Below are positions 12,932 to 24,203 of a stretch of 64,000 bases of DNA, in pieces. Numbering within the stretch: position 1 is the first letter of the stretch; every line of letters starts with the position of its first letter. The DNA comes from an uncultured Actinomycetota bacterium (lineage in GTDB: Bacteria; Actinomycetota; Actinomycetes; Mycobacteriales; Mycobacteriaceae). Under the pieces are notes generated by a model, which was not told the origin of the DNA, made no database searches, and saw nothing but the letters and a program-made list of their open reading frames with translations. The position numbers and the translations under genes are program-made. The stretch is from NCBI GenBank assembly GCA_963834955.1, contig CAWIDX010000040.1:31573-95572 (forward strand), given 5' to 3'.

Positions 12932-14560
12932 TTAGGCCAGCTCGATAAGATCGCGATAGTCGTCCGACCAGTAGTCCTCGGTCCCGTCGGGTAGCAGCAG
13001 CACCCGCTGCGGGTCGAGCGCCTCCGCGGCACCGGGGTCGTGGGTGACCAGCACCACCGCGCCCCTGTAGCTGCGCAACGCGTCGAGCACCTGGTCGCGG
13101 GATGCCGGATCGAGGTTGTTCGTGGGCTCGTCGAGCAGCAGGACGTTGGCGGTCGAGGCCACCAGCCCGGCCAACGCAAGACGGGTCTTCTCACCACCGG
13201 ACAGCGTGCCAGCCGGCTGATCGAGTTGCGGACCGCTGAACATGAATGCGCCGAGCAGCCCGCGCAGGTCCTGCTCGCCGCTGTCCGGGGCCGCGTGCCG
13301 GATGTTCTGCCAGACCGTCGCGGTGGTGTCGAGCGTGTCATGCTCTTGGGCGAAATATCCGATCTTGCAGCCATGTCCAGGTTCGAGCACACCGGCGTCG
13401 GCGGCTTCAACTCCGGATAGCAGCCGAAGCAGCGTGGTCTTACCGGCGCCGTTGAGTCCGAGAACCACGACCCGCGACCCTCGGTCGATTGCCAGGTCGA
13501 CCCCGGAGAACACCTCCAGCGACCCGTACGTCTTGGTGAGGCCCTTCGCGATCAGCGGAGTACGGCCGCACGGCGCGGGAGTCGGAAACTTGATGCGAGC
13601 GACCTTGTCTGCCGCCCGCTCTTCGTCGAGCCCCGCCAACATTCGGTCGGCCCGGCGCAACATATTCTGCGCGGCAACGGCTTTCGTGGCTTTGGCGCCG
13701 AGCTTGGCGGCCTGGGTGCGTAGCGCTGCAGCTTTGCGTTCGGCGTTGACGCGCTCGCGCCGACGCCGTCGTTCGTCGGTGGCGCGGGCGTCGAGGTACG
13801 TGCGCCAGCCCATGTTGTAGATGTCGACTTCGCCGCGGACGGCGTCGAGAAACCACACGCGATTGACGACGTCGGCCAACAGGTCGACGTTGTGGCTGAT
13901 GACCACGAGTCCGCCGGTGTGGGCTTGAAGGAAATCGCGCAGCCAGCCCAGCGAGTCGGCGTCGAGGTGGTTCGTCGGCTCGTCGAGCAGCAGCGTCGTG
14001 CTGGACCCGGACCCTGTGTCTGACGCCGCGAACAGGATTCGGGACAACTCGACGCGACGCCGCTGACCGCCCGACAGCGTTCGCATGGGCTGCGTCAAAA
14101 CCCGTTCGGGCAGACCGAGACTCGCGCAGATCCGGGCCGCTTCGCTTTCCGCACCATAGCCGCCCAACGCCGCGAACCGCTCCTCCAACTGCCCGTAGCG
14201 GCGCACCGTGCGGTCCCGCTCCACGTCGTCGACGACCTCGGCCATCTTCACTTGCTGCTTTTCGAGGTCGGCCAGCAGCGTGTCGAGGCCACGCGCCGAC
14301 AGCACCCGGTCCCGCGCCGCCACTTCCAGATTCCCCTCCCTGGGATCCTGGGGCAGATAACCGATTTCGCCGGTGCGCTTCATCGTGCCGGCATAGGGAT
14401 CGGCCTCCCCGGCGAGAATGCGGAGCGTGGTGGTCTTTCCCGCCCCGTTGCGACCCACGAGTCCAATGCGATCGCCCGGCTGCACGCGTAACACGGAGCC
14501 GGGTGCGGTGAGCAGCGTCCGTGCGCCGGCGCGGACCTCCAGGTCCGTTGCGGTGATCAG
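12932..14560 (-). CDS. ABC-F ATP-binding protein (Rv1473-like)
   Basis: Two ABC domains (GRNGAGKT, LSGGQ, GLNGAGKT, LSGGE), no TM; the conserved N-terminus ITATDLEVRAG begins at CTG 14560. Confidence 0.92.
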   Translation of the reverse strand: MITATDLEVRAGARTLLTAPGSVLRVQPGDRIGLVGRNGAGKTTTLRILAGEADPYAGTMKRTGEIGYLPQDPREGNLEVAARDRVLSARGLDTLLADLEKQQVKMAEVVDDVERDRTVRRYGQLEERFAALGGYGAESEAARICASLGLPERVLTQPMRTLSGGQRRRVELSRILFAASDTGSGSSTTLLLDEPTNHLDADSLGWLRDFLQAHTGGLVVISHNVDLLADVVNRVWFLDAVRGEVDIYNMGWRTYLDARATDERRRRRERVNAERKAAALRTQAAKLGAKATKAVAAQNMLRRADRMLAGLDEERAADKVARIKFPTPAPCGRTPLIAKGLTKTYGSLEVFSGVDLAIDRGSRVVVLGLNGAGKTTLLRLLSGVEAADAGVLEPGHGCKIGYFAQEHDTLDTTATVWQNIRHAAPDSGEQDLRGLLGAFMFSGPQLDQPAGTLSGGEKTRLALAGLVASTANVLLLDEPTNNLDPASRDQVLDALRSYRGAVVLVTHDPGAAEALDPQRVLLLPDGTEDYWSDDYRDLIELA

Positions 14561-14575
14561 GGAGCGGCTCCTTTG

Positions 14576-15418
14576 TTATCGGTCGTCGGTGAAGACCGGT
14601 GATCGTTTCTCGGCGCGTGCGGCGACGGCCTCTTCGAAATTGGTGGTGAGCAGGCGGACGAATAGCTGACCGAGTCCTTCTGCCTGCATGTGTCCTTCCA
14701 GGGTAGCGGCGTCCATGCCGCTCCACAGCGTTCGCTTGGTCAGCTCGACGCCGGGCCGGGAGAACGCGGTGATGCGCTCGGCTAGCTGGTAGCAGGCGTC
14801 TAGCAGCTCGTCCGGCGGCACCACGCGCGACACCAGCCCGATTCGCTCGGCCTCCTCGACGGTGACGTCGCGGCCGGTCAGCATGATGTCGAACGCTCTG
14901 GATGAACCAACGGCCCGCGGCAGCAGGTAGCTCAGGCCGAGCTCGCTGGCGGTGAGACCGTTGTTGATGCCGGCCGCCCGAAAATAGGCGTCGGACGATG
15001 CGACGCGGATGTCGGCTGCCAACGCCAGGCACAGTCCGCCGCCGATGGCAGCACCGTTGACCGCGGCAATCACCGGCTGGTGCATCCGCCGCAGGCCCAA
15101 GATCACGTCGTCAAGCAACCCCATTGACCGCAACGCGAACGTCGGCCGGGTGAGCCCTTCGGTGTTCGGCACCGCGCCCGCGGACTTGTGGTCGGCGCCC
15201 GACGAGAAGCCGCGCCCGGCACCGGTGAGAATCACCACGCGGATGTCGTTGTCATACGTGAGCTCTTCGATCGCCTTCTTCAACGGCACCATCACGTCGA
15301 AGGCCATCGAGTTCATCCGCTCGGGGCGGTTGAGCGTGACAAGCGCGACGTGGGCGCGGGGACGGTCGACGAGGACGAAGCTGGTCTGACTGCCGGTGTG
15401 ACTGTTCACGGGTTGCAC
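14576..15418 (-). CDS. enoyl-CoA hydratase (EchA12-like)
   Basis: LNRPERMNS, FSSGAD and AAVNGAAIGGG crotonase motifs. Confidence 0.92.
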   Translation of the reverse strand: MQPVNSHTGSQTSFVLVDRPRAHVALVTLNRPERMNSMAFDVMVPLKKAIEELTYDNDIRVVILTGAGRGFSSGADHKSAGAVPNTEGLTRPTFALRSMGLLDDVILGLRRMHQPVIAAVNGAAIGGGLCLALAADIRVASSDAYFRAAGINNGLTASELGLSYLLPRAVGSSRAFDIMLTGRDVTVEEAERIGLVSRVVPPDELLDACYQLAERITAFSRPGVELTKRTLWSGMDAATLEGHMQAEGLGQLFVRLLTTNFEEAVAARAEKRSPVFTDDR

Positions 15419-15435
15419 GCTATCGCGTGCCGCCC

Positions 15436-15801
15436 TCAGGCTCGTTCGCCGTTGTTCTGCGCTGCGATGGCGGAGTCGACGTCGAAGGCCGCTACCTGCT
15501 GCACCAGATCCTCAAGGGCTGCGGGTGGTAGCGCGCCGGGCTGGTTGAACACCAGCTTGCCCTTCTTGAACACCATCAGCGTCGGGATGGACCGGACCTG
15601 TGCCGCGGCCGCCAGCTGCTGCTCGGCCTCGGTGTCGACCTTCGCGTACACGATGTCGGGGTGCTTGTCAGACGACGCCTCGAACGTCGGCGCGAACTGT
15701 CGGCAGGGACCGCACCAGGATGCCCAGAAGTCCACCAGCACGATCTCGTTGTCGTTGATGGTGTCGTTGAACGATTCGGCGGTGATGTTTTGGGTAGCCA
15801 T
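15436..15801 (-). CDS. thioredoxin
   Basis: DFWASWCGPC active site. Confidence 0.95.
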   Translation of the reverse strand: MATQNITAESFNDTINDNEIVLVDFWASWCGPCRQFAPTFEASSDKHPDIVYAKVDTEAEQQLAAAAQVRSIPTLMVFKKGKLVFNQPGALPPAALEDLVQQVAAFDVDSAIAAQNNGERA

Positions 15802-15918
15802 GCCGTCATCAACGAGGCGACCTCCGCGGATGTTCCCCCGGCGGTGTTGGTCGCGTCGAGGCTGCAAATTCGCAGGGAAAGTGCGAGTACACGCCTGCGA
15901 GGATGCAGTTTCGGCGAT

Positions 15919-17241
15919 TCAGCGGCGGGCCTGGTAGACGTCGGGCGTGCCGTCGAGATCGTCGTCACGGCTCTCCTCCATGCACACCGCACGGTAATGG
16001 CGGTTACGGAGTTTGAGCACAATGGCCGCCAGTGCCGCGGCGAGGAGCGATCCCGTGAGTACGCCGATCTTCACATGTTCGTCGCGTTCGGAGCCGAAGC
16101 CGTACGCGAGTTCGCCGATAAGCAACGAGACGGTGAATCCGATGCCGGCCAGCAGCGCGATGCCGAACACGTCGATCCACCGCAGCGCCGCATCGAGGCT
16201 GGCGCGGCTGACGGCCGCGAGGATGCGAGTGGTGCCGAAGACCCCGAGCGTCTTGCCCACGACCAGACCCCAGACGATGCCGAGGGCGATCGGATCGCCC
16301 AGCGCTTCGAGCAGTCCCTGATAGCCGTCGAGCGTGACGCCCGCCGCGAAGAACGCGAAGAGCGGAACGGCGATTCCAGCCGACACGGGCCTGGTGAGGT
16401 GCTCGAAGTGCTCGGCCAGGCCGGGACCGGCATCCGGGCCGCCCGCATCCTTACTGCGCAACACCGGCACCGCGCAGCCCAGCAGCACCCCGGCGACGGT
16501 GGCGTGCACTCCCGACTCGTGGATCAAGACCCATGTCGCTACCGCGAGAGGAAGAAGTAGCGGCAGTGAGCGAATGCGCTTCTGCACGCACAGTGTGAAC
16601 AGCGCAAATGGGATCACGGCCAGGCCGAGGGCGACGAGGTTGATGTCCTCGGTGTAGAAAATCGCGATCACCAGGATCGCCAGCAGGTCGTCAACCACCG
16701 CCAACGTCAGCAGGAAAGTTCGCAGGGCCGCGGGAAGGTGCGTGGAGATCACCGCCAGCACGGCGACCGCGAACGCGATGTCGGTGGCCGTCGGGATGGC
16801 CCAGCCGCGCGTCGCTCCGTCGCCGGCCTGAAAAGTAAACGCGACGAAGATCATTGCGGGAATAATCATTCCGCCGACGGCCGCCGCGATCGGCAACACC
16901 GCGCGGCTCGGGTCGCGCAGATCGCCGGCCATGAATTCGCGTTTCAGTTCCAGCCCAACGACGAAGAAAAAGATTGCCAGCAGCGCGTCGGCGGCCCAAG
17001 TGTGCAGGCTGAGGTTCAGGTGCAGTCCGAGGACATCCGCGCCGAGGTGGATATCGCGCAGTTTGTCGTACGACTCAGCCCACGGCGAGTTGGCCCAACA
17101 CAGCGCCAGTGTGGCCGCAACGAGCAGCAACGCACCGCCAACCGTTTCCTGTCGCAGAATGTCTGAAATGCGGGATGTCTCGGACCATGAACCGCGTTCG
17201 AACAGCGCTCGCCGGACAGGTCGCGGCGAATTGTCTTGCAC
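15919..17241 (-). CDS. nhaA: Na+/H+ antiporter NhaA
   Basis: [32 protein letters not shown] and GIGFTVSL. Confidence 0.95.
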   Translation of the reverse strand: MQDNSPRPVRRALFERGSWSETSRISDILRQETVGGALLLVAATLALCWANSPWAESYDKLRDIHLGADVLGLHLNLSLHTWAADALLAIFFFVVGLELKREFMAGDLRDPSRAVLPIAAAVGGMIIPAMIFVAFTFQAGDGATRGWAIPTATDIAFAVAVLAVISTHLPAALRTFLLTLAVVDDLLAILVIAIFYTEDINLVALGLAVIPFALFTLCVQKRIRSLPLLLPLAVATWVLIHESGVHATVAGVLLGCAVPVLRSKDAGGPDAGPGLAEHFEHLTRPVSAGIAVPLFAFFAAGVTLDGYQGLLEALGDPIALGIVWGLVVGKTLGVFGTTRILAAVSRASLDAALRWIDVFGIALLAGIGFTVSLLIGELAYGFGSERDEHVKIGVLTGSLLAAALAAIVLKLRNRHYRAVCMEESRDDDLDGTPDVYQARR

Positions 17242-17271
17242 ACCAACACCTCACTGATCGGTCCACGAAAT

Positions 17272-17312
17272 TCGTGCCGACCAGACTTCCCGGCGCTCCG
17301 TCTGGGATCCTA
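17272..17312 (-). promoter_or_regulatory. -10 box and compact hairpin leader upstream of nhaA; candidate cis-regulatory RNA
   Basis: TAGGAT (minus strand, about 17312-17307) followed by GGAGCGCCGGGAAGUCUGGUCGGC, which can pair GCCG with CGGC. Confidence 0.45.
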
Positions 17313-17341
17313 CCGGCGGGGAGGCTAAACCGTGAAGGGAG

Positions 17342-17716
17342 TCACAATTCTGGTGCAGCGTCCAGCGTCGCGTCGGCAGCCAATTGTCGAACTTCGGCGA
17401 CCAGGCGCCTGACCTCGGCGGCCGAGGGCTGCAGCTCGTAGGCATGGTGGTGACAGGCCCGGCTCAGTCCATGCCACACTCGTGTGGCCCTTTCGCCGAG
17501 GTCGACGCCTCGCAATGCGCTCAAGACCACGAGTTTGGAGTTCGTGGTCGGCCGGTTGTCGCCGACAGGCGCCCAGGCCGTGCTCAACGCGTTCAACCAG
17601 TTCTCGAACGCCAAGCGCGCTAGCACCGCGGCGGTGCGCGGCCCTCTGACCCCGAGCGCAATCTTGCCGTCGAGCACCTCGTCGGCGAAGTCAAGCAGGG
17701 CGGCGCGGTCGGTCAT
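17342..17716 (-). CDS. small helical HEPN-like protein (124 aa)
   Basis: ARLAFE N-terminal helix and an Rx4H motif in LSRACHHHAYEL; ATGA overlap with the ATPase stop. Confidence 0.65.
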   Translation of the reverse strand: MTDRAALLDFADEVLDGKIALGVRGPRTAAVLARLAFENWLNALSTAWAPVGDNRPTTNSKLVVLSALRGVDLGERATRVWHGLSRACHHHAYELQPSAAEVRRLVAEVRQLAADATLDAAPEL

Positions 17717-20157
17717 TGCACGAGCTTGCTGAGGTCGTCCACGGCGAGCCTGGCGTCGTTGACCGCCCCTCGGTAGTCCGCCACACCCTGATGCAGGCCC
17801 GTAGTGACTACCCTCAATGTGTCGCGACGGGCACGCCCACCGGACCGCCATTTTTCGACGGCCGCGTCGTCGTCGGGATCCAGTGCCACGGCGAGTGCAA
17901 GTCGTCGTCGAGTCTTCGCGGCTTTCTCCCAGGTGTCTTCGACTTCGGCACGAGATCGGCCGCCGCTCAGGGCCTTCGACGCGAACACCTCCCAGCAGGT
18001 GGCCTCGATCGCTTCGCGGCACAACACGGGGATCGCGGCGTTCTTGATCTCGTCGGGAACGGCCTCGTCGGCGGCGATCGCAAACGCGTCGTCAACGAGG
18101 CGGGTGGCGGGCCGGCTGGATTCGGTCATGCTCACCGCGGAGTTGGGTCCGCGGGTGACCTCGATGATGCGGGCGGGTGCGCGGGAGCGTCGAATTGCCG
18201 CCGGAAGCCGATCGTCATGGGTGAACACGACCACTTGACGGTCTTCGGCCAGCGATGTCAGGACTTCCAGGAAGCCGTCGATCTTCGACGGGTCCATCGC
18301 TTGGATCGGATCGTCGAGAACCAAAAAGCGGAACGGGCTTTCGGACGAGGTCGCGCGTGGAATGAAGATTGCGAGCGCGAGTGCCTGCAGTTCGCCCTGA
18401 CTCATGACGCCAAAGGCCTCGGACTCCGATCCGTCGACGTCGGCTTCGAGAACGACGCGGCGGCTGGTCTTCTGGCCTTCGAGTCGGATCGTCCCGAGGT
18501 CGACGTTGCTTTCCTGACGCAGCGCCGCCCAGATCTCCTTGGCCTTGTCGGCGAGCGGCGCGATGCGCTGGTTGCGAAGCTGGCCGGCGTTGGCCTGCAA
18601 CCACTTCTGTGCTTCGGTCGCGACCTTGAGCTTGGGTTCGGCGTCGCGGGCGACCTCGGCCTTCTGCAGCCAGTCGGCGAGTTCCAGCGCAACGGGGCTC
18701 CACGCGTCCTCGCGCTCCTTCACCAGATCCTCCGCCTGCTGCCGCAACGCGGCGTACGCGGATTCGAGGTCTGGCAGTGTTTCTTCGACGTGGTCGGCCA
18801 ACGCGAGATCGTCGTCGGCGGGAAACTCCGAAAAACGTTCGTATGCAGCGCGCGCCGCGTCCAGCGTGGTGAGAACGGCATCGGGTAGTGGCGGCCGCTG
18901 GACGTCTCGGATCAGACCGATCAGCGCCGACCGGGCTTGCCGCGTCGCCGCGCGGGACGCGGTCAGGTCCCGTGCGGCGCTTTGGTCTTGTTCGAGTGCG
19001 GCGCGGGCGGCGATGGCCCAGTTGGTGTCCAGAGTCCCTCGGCCGCAGACGGGGCACTGTTGGTCACCGTGCTGATCATGGAAGCTCAGGCTCATCTCCA
19101 GCAGTCGGCCGCGGTCGGCGGCGAGCGCATCGGAGCGTTGCGTCTCGTCGCGCTCGTTGTCGGCGGCGGATCGAAGCGCGGCGCACTTGTCGTGGGCTTC
19201 CTCGGCTGTCGGCGCGGTCAGGCGCTGCGACTGTTGCCACGCGAAGGGCACCGAGGACGCCGCGCCCTGGGTGATCAGCGGGCGTACAGCGTCGAGGTCG
19301 GGCTTGGATCTCTTCAGCTGCGCGAGAGCCATTGCAGCACGGGGATCGTCGTGGTTTTCCAGCTCCGGCCTGAGGCGGTCTTTGGTCTTCTTGAACTCGG
19401 CGGCGGGTTGTTTGAGCTGCTTGACCTCAGCGTCGAGGCGCGCGATCGCCTCGGTCAGCTGCTCCAGGCCGAGGAGCTTGTAGAGCTCGTCGTAGAAATC
19501 GCTGGGCCGGCCCTCGAGGATGCCGCCCAGCTCGTCGTAGCTCAGCAGCGGACGGTACATCTCGAGGGCTGCGTCCCACCCGAGAACACTTGTGTCCTCG
19601 CGCTTTTGGCCACTGCGCTGAACCCAGATCTTCTTGTCGCCGACGCCGACGTCGCTGCCGGGTGGCCAGTCGACGCCGATAGTCGTTGTGCCGGAGCCCT
19701 CCTCGGTGATGCCAATGCGGATCTGGGCGGGCTCACCGGCGTGCAGGTTGCGCCAGTTCTTCGACCACACCGTCGCCTTGTCTTCCCAGCGGGAGTTGCT
19801 TCCCGTCAACGCCAGTTCGAGGGCTTCGGCCAGAGTGGACTTGCCGGAGCCGTTCCGGCCGGCGACGACGACCAGGCCAGGGCCGGGCGGAAGCGGGAGC
19901 GTGGCTCCTGCGCCGATACCGCGAAAACCCTGCACACTGATCGACTTCAGGTACGCGCCCACCGGTTCGGCCGCGGATTCGTCGGGAGTGGTCAGCGCGT
20001 CGACGAGTTCCTGGGACGTCTCTTCGTTCCCAAGGACGTGGCCCAAGTCGTCGGGATCACCCAGCGCCGCCAAGACGATGAGCCGGGCGTCGTCGCTGAG
20101 ATTGGGGTCGTCGTCGGCACACCGCAGCACGTAGTTCTTCAGTCGGTCGTCAGTCAT
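17713..20157 (-). CDS. Rad50/SMC-like ABC ATPase with zinc hook and possible C-terminal HEPN-like domain
   Basis: Walker A GRNGSGKS, coiled coils around CPVCG, signature MSQGE, Walker B LVLDD-P, H-loop FTHD; tail with LCREAIE and RVVTTGLH. Confidence 0.85.
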   Translation of the reverse strand: MTDDRLKNYVLRCADDDPNLSDDARLIVLAALGDPDDLGHVLGNEETSQELVDALTTPDESAAEPVGAYLKSISVQGFRGIGAGATLPLPPGPGLVVVAGRNGSGKSTLAEALELALTGSNSRWEDKATVWSKNWRNLHAGEPAQIRIGITEEGSGTTTIGVDWPPGSDVGVGDKKIWVQRSGQKREDTSVLGWDAALEMYRPLLSYDELGGILEGRPSDFYDELYKLLGLEQLTEAIARLDAEVKQLKQPAAEFKKTKDRLRPELENHDDPRAAMALAQLKRSKPDLDAVRPLITQGAASSVPFAWQQSQRLTAPTAEEAHDKCAALRSAADNERDETQRSDALAADRGRLLEMSLSFHDQHGDQQCPVCGRGTLDTNWAIAARAALEQDQSAARDLTASRAATRQARSALIGLIRDVQRPPLPDAVLTTLDAARAAYERFSEFPADDDLALADHVEETLPDLESAYAALRQQAEDLVKEREDAWSPVALELADWLQKAEVARDAEPKLKVATEAQKWLQANAGQLRNQRIAPLADKAKEIWAALRQESNVDLGTIRLEGQKTSRRVVLEADVDGSESEAFGVMSQGELQALALAIFIPRATSSESPFRFLVLDDPIQAMDPSKIDGFLEVLTSLAEDRQVVVFTHDDRLPAAIRRSRAPARIIEVTRGPNSAVSMTESSRPATRLVDDAFAIAADEAVPDEIKNAAIPVLCREAIEATCWEVFASKALSGGRSRAEVEDTWEKAAKTRRRLALAVALDPDDDAAVEKWRSGGRARRDTLRVVTTGLHQGVADYRGAVNDARLAVDDLSKLVQ

Positions 20158-20441
20158 CGATGCAGATCTCCGGTCTTCGTGTATATGTCCGGCACCGGGT
20201 ATTGACCGTAGATGCCGCGATCGTCACCTTCGAGTATCCAGCGATGTTGCTCTTCGGCATGGGCGACGAGTTCGGCGCAGCGCCGCGCGTTCGCCTCTCG
20301 AACGGCTCGCTCGGATCGAACGATCGACCGCATTACGAAGAACAACAGGACCAGGGCGATGGCGCCGAGAATCCACCAAATGAACTTGATGATCAACCCA
20401 ACGATGAACAGAAATCCGATCAACGACCCGAGTGACCTCAT
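20154..20441 (-). CDS. small membrane protein
   Basis: Two N-terminal hydrophobic segments, then AEEQHRWILEGDDRGIYG; ATGA overlap with the ATPase start. Confidence 0.7.
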   Translation of the reverse strand: MRSLGSLIGFLFIVGLIIKFIWWILGAIALVLLFFVMRSIVRSERAVREANARRCAELVAHAEEQHRWILEGDDRGIYGQYPVPDIYTKTGDLHR

Positions 20442-20641
20442 GATTGGCCCCCATCTGAAGTCATACTCCTTTGGTAGTGAACGGGACAACATACCTGTCA
20501 CGTCAGTCGCGCTTGAAGGCCTTGGAAACCGCCCTCAATATCTCGTGACGGAACCGATGGCGTCTTCCGCTCCTCCTACAGATGCAGTGCACGGAAGGTC
20601 GAGTCCGTTGTAAATCAATCCTTGACAAGATGCGAGCGTAA

Positions 20642-20866
20642 ATGGATCCTTTACAGGAGATAGAGATTCGGGCGAGTGCCCGCAACCACGGCATTGCCGA
20701 CGATGCCATGCGACGCGCTGCGCAACGCGCTCCGATCCGTCGAGCAGGAATACGACGGCGAAGTCCGCTCGGTCCGGACGGCTGCTGTGAGATCGTGGTG
20801 TTACCGATGAGCCGACGGATCATTCATGCCGACGTCCTGCGTCCGAAGTTCTACGACTACCTGTGA
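20642..20866 (+). pseudogene. degenerate small toxin-like gene (actinobacterial BrnT/RelE-like)
   Basis: SARNHGIADD...EIVVL...[15 protein letters not shown]; the middle looks deleted or frameshifted. Confidence 0.55.
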
Positions 20867-20875
20867 GAGGCCAAG

Positions 20876-21140
20876 ATGGACAAAGTGCACCGCCGAGCGA
20901 CGCCAATACTGGTGTCGAAGAATGGCTGGACAATCTCGAGGTTTCGCCAGCCGACGCGCGCGACGCCCGGCACATGCGCAGAATCGCCGCCGCCGCGGCG
21001 GGCTCGACGACGCTCAGGCAGAGCTACGTGCTGCGGTGGCTGCCGCCCGTGAAGCCGGCGACACCTGGGCAATGATCGGGGTGGCGCTCGGAATCAGCCG
21101 GCAGGCCGCCTATCAGCGGTTCGGCCAGTCCAGTGACCAC
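20876..21140 (+). pseudogene. HTH antitoxin-like gene, frameshifted
   Basis: [13 protein letters not shown] joined to [36 protein letters not shown]. Confidence 0.65.
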
Positions 21141-21314
21141 CCCTCTCCAGCGCCGGAGCACTGCATTCAACGCAGCCCCGGTTGCGGCAGGAGCCGGACT
21201 GATTGCAGCAATTCGGCGTCCCGCGCGGGTCACGACAACCGTCTCACCGCGCTCGACCGAGTCGAGAACGGCGGAGAAGTTTCGTGACGCCTCGGACGCC
21301 GTGATCTCCCGCAT
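21140..21314 (-). pseudogene. Phd/YefM antitoxin, 3'-truncated, no cognate toxin
   Basis: [40 protein letters not shown] is a typical Phd N-terminus. Confidence 0.8.
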
Positions 21315-21327
21315 GAGTTCCCGATTA

Positions 21328-21339
21328 TCAGAAGTCTGA
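21328..21339. promoter_or_regulatory. palindromic operator upstream of the Phd antitoxin
   Basis: TCAGA-AG-TCTGA overlapping a GATAAT -10-like box on the minus strand. Confidence 0.5.
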
Positions 21340-21346
21340 CGAGCCG

Positions 21347-21694
21347 CTAGACCGTGAAGCCCAACGCCCGCAGCTGCTCGCGGCCGTCCTCGGTGATCTT
21401 GTCCGGGCCCCACGGCGGGTTCCACACCCAGTTGATCTTGATGTCGTTCACGAGTCCGGCACCGATCAGCGCGGCGCGCGATTGGTCCTCGATCACGTCG
21501 GTCAGCGGACAGGCCGGCGAGGTCAACGTCATGTCGATGAGCGCCACGGTGCCCTGCTCTGACTGCTCGACGTTCAGGTCGTACACCAGCCCGAGGTCGA
21601 CCACGTTGATGCCCAATTCGGGGTCGACGACGTCACGCATCGCCTCCTCGAGGTCAGCCAGGAATTCGTCCTGAGGCACAACTGCTTCACTCAT
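21347..21694 (-). CDS. sufT: DUF59 Fe-S maturation protein
   Basis: VVDPELGINVVDLGLVY, TLTSPACP and PPW. Confidence 0.92.
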   Translation of the reverse strand: MSEAVVPQDEFLADLEEAMRDVVDPELGINVVDLGLVYDLNVEQSEQGTVALIDMTLTSPACPLTDVIEDQSRAALIGAGLVNDIKINWVWNPPWGPDKITEDGREQLRALGFTV

Positions 21695-22158
21695 CGTCCA
21701 CCTCCGTTGGAGTTTGTCTCGTGGGTTGCCTGCGCCACGGCGTCCTTAAACGCCAACCAACCCAGCAGCGCGCATTTCATTCGCGCCGGGTACTTCGCCA
21801 CGCCGGCGAACGCGATACCGTCACCGATCACATCCTCGTCGCCCTCCACGGTGCCGCGCGACGAAATCATGTCCGTGAACGCCGCCACCATGTCCAGCGC
21901 GTCTGCCACGCTTTGGCCGATCACCTGATCGGTGAGCACCGACGTCGAGGCCTGGCTGATCGAGCAGCCCAGGCCGTCGTAGGAGACGTCGGCGACGTTG
22001 CGGCCGTCCTCGCTCAGCGCCACCCGCAACCTGACCTCGTCTCCGCAGGTGGGGTTCACGTGGAGCACTTCAGCGGCGAAGGGTTCCCGGAGCCCGCGGT
22101 GGTGCGGATGCTTGTAGTGATCGAGGATCACCTCTTGGTACATCTGCTCCAGCCGCAC
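21691..22158 (-). CDS. sufU: SUF system sulfur-transfer/scaffold protein
   Basis: YQEVILDHYKHP, NPTCGD, GCSISQAS and RMKCALL. Confidence 0.93.
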   Translation of the reverse strand: MRLEQMYQEVILDHYKHPHHRGLREPFAAEVLHVNPTCGDEVRLRVALSEDGRNVADVSYDGLGCSISQASTSVLTDQVIGQSVADALDMVAAFTDMISSRGTVEGDEDVIGDGIAFAGVAKYPARMKCALLGWLAFKDAVAQATHETNSNGGGR

Positions 22159-22162
22159 GGCG

Positions 22163-24199
<2,037 letters not shown>

Positions 24200-24203
<4 letters not shown>

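Noticed and set aside
17713-20157. Housekeeping SbcC, RecN or RecF
   Set aside because: No SbcD partner, extra terminal domains, an accessory location, and coupling to a HEPN-like ORF
20438-20472. 8-codon mini-ORF (MTSDGGQS) overlapping the membrane-protein start
   Set aside because: The AAGGAG is only 1 nt from its ATG, so it is probably chance
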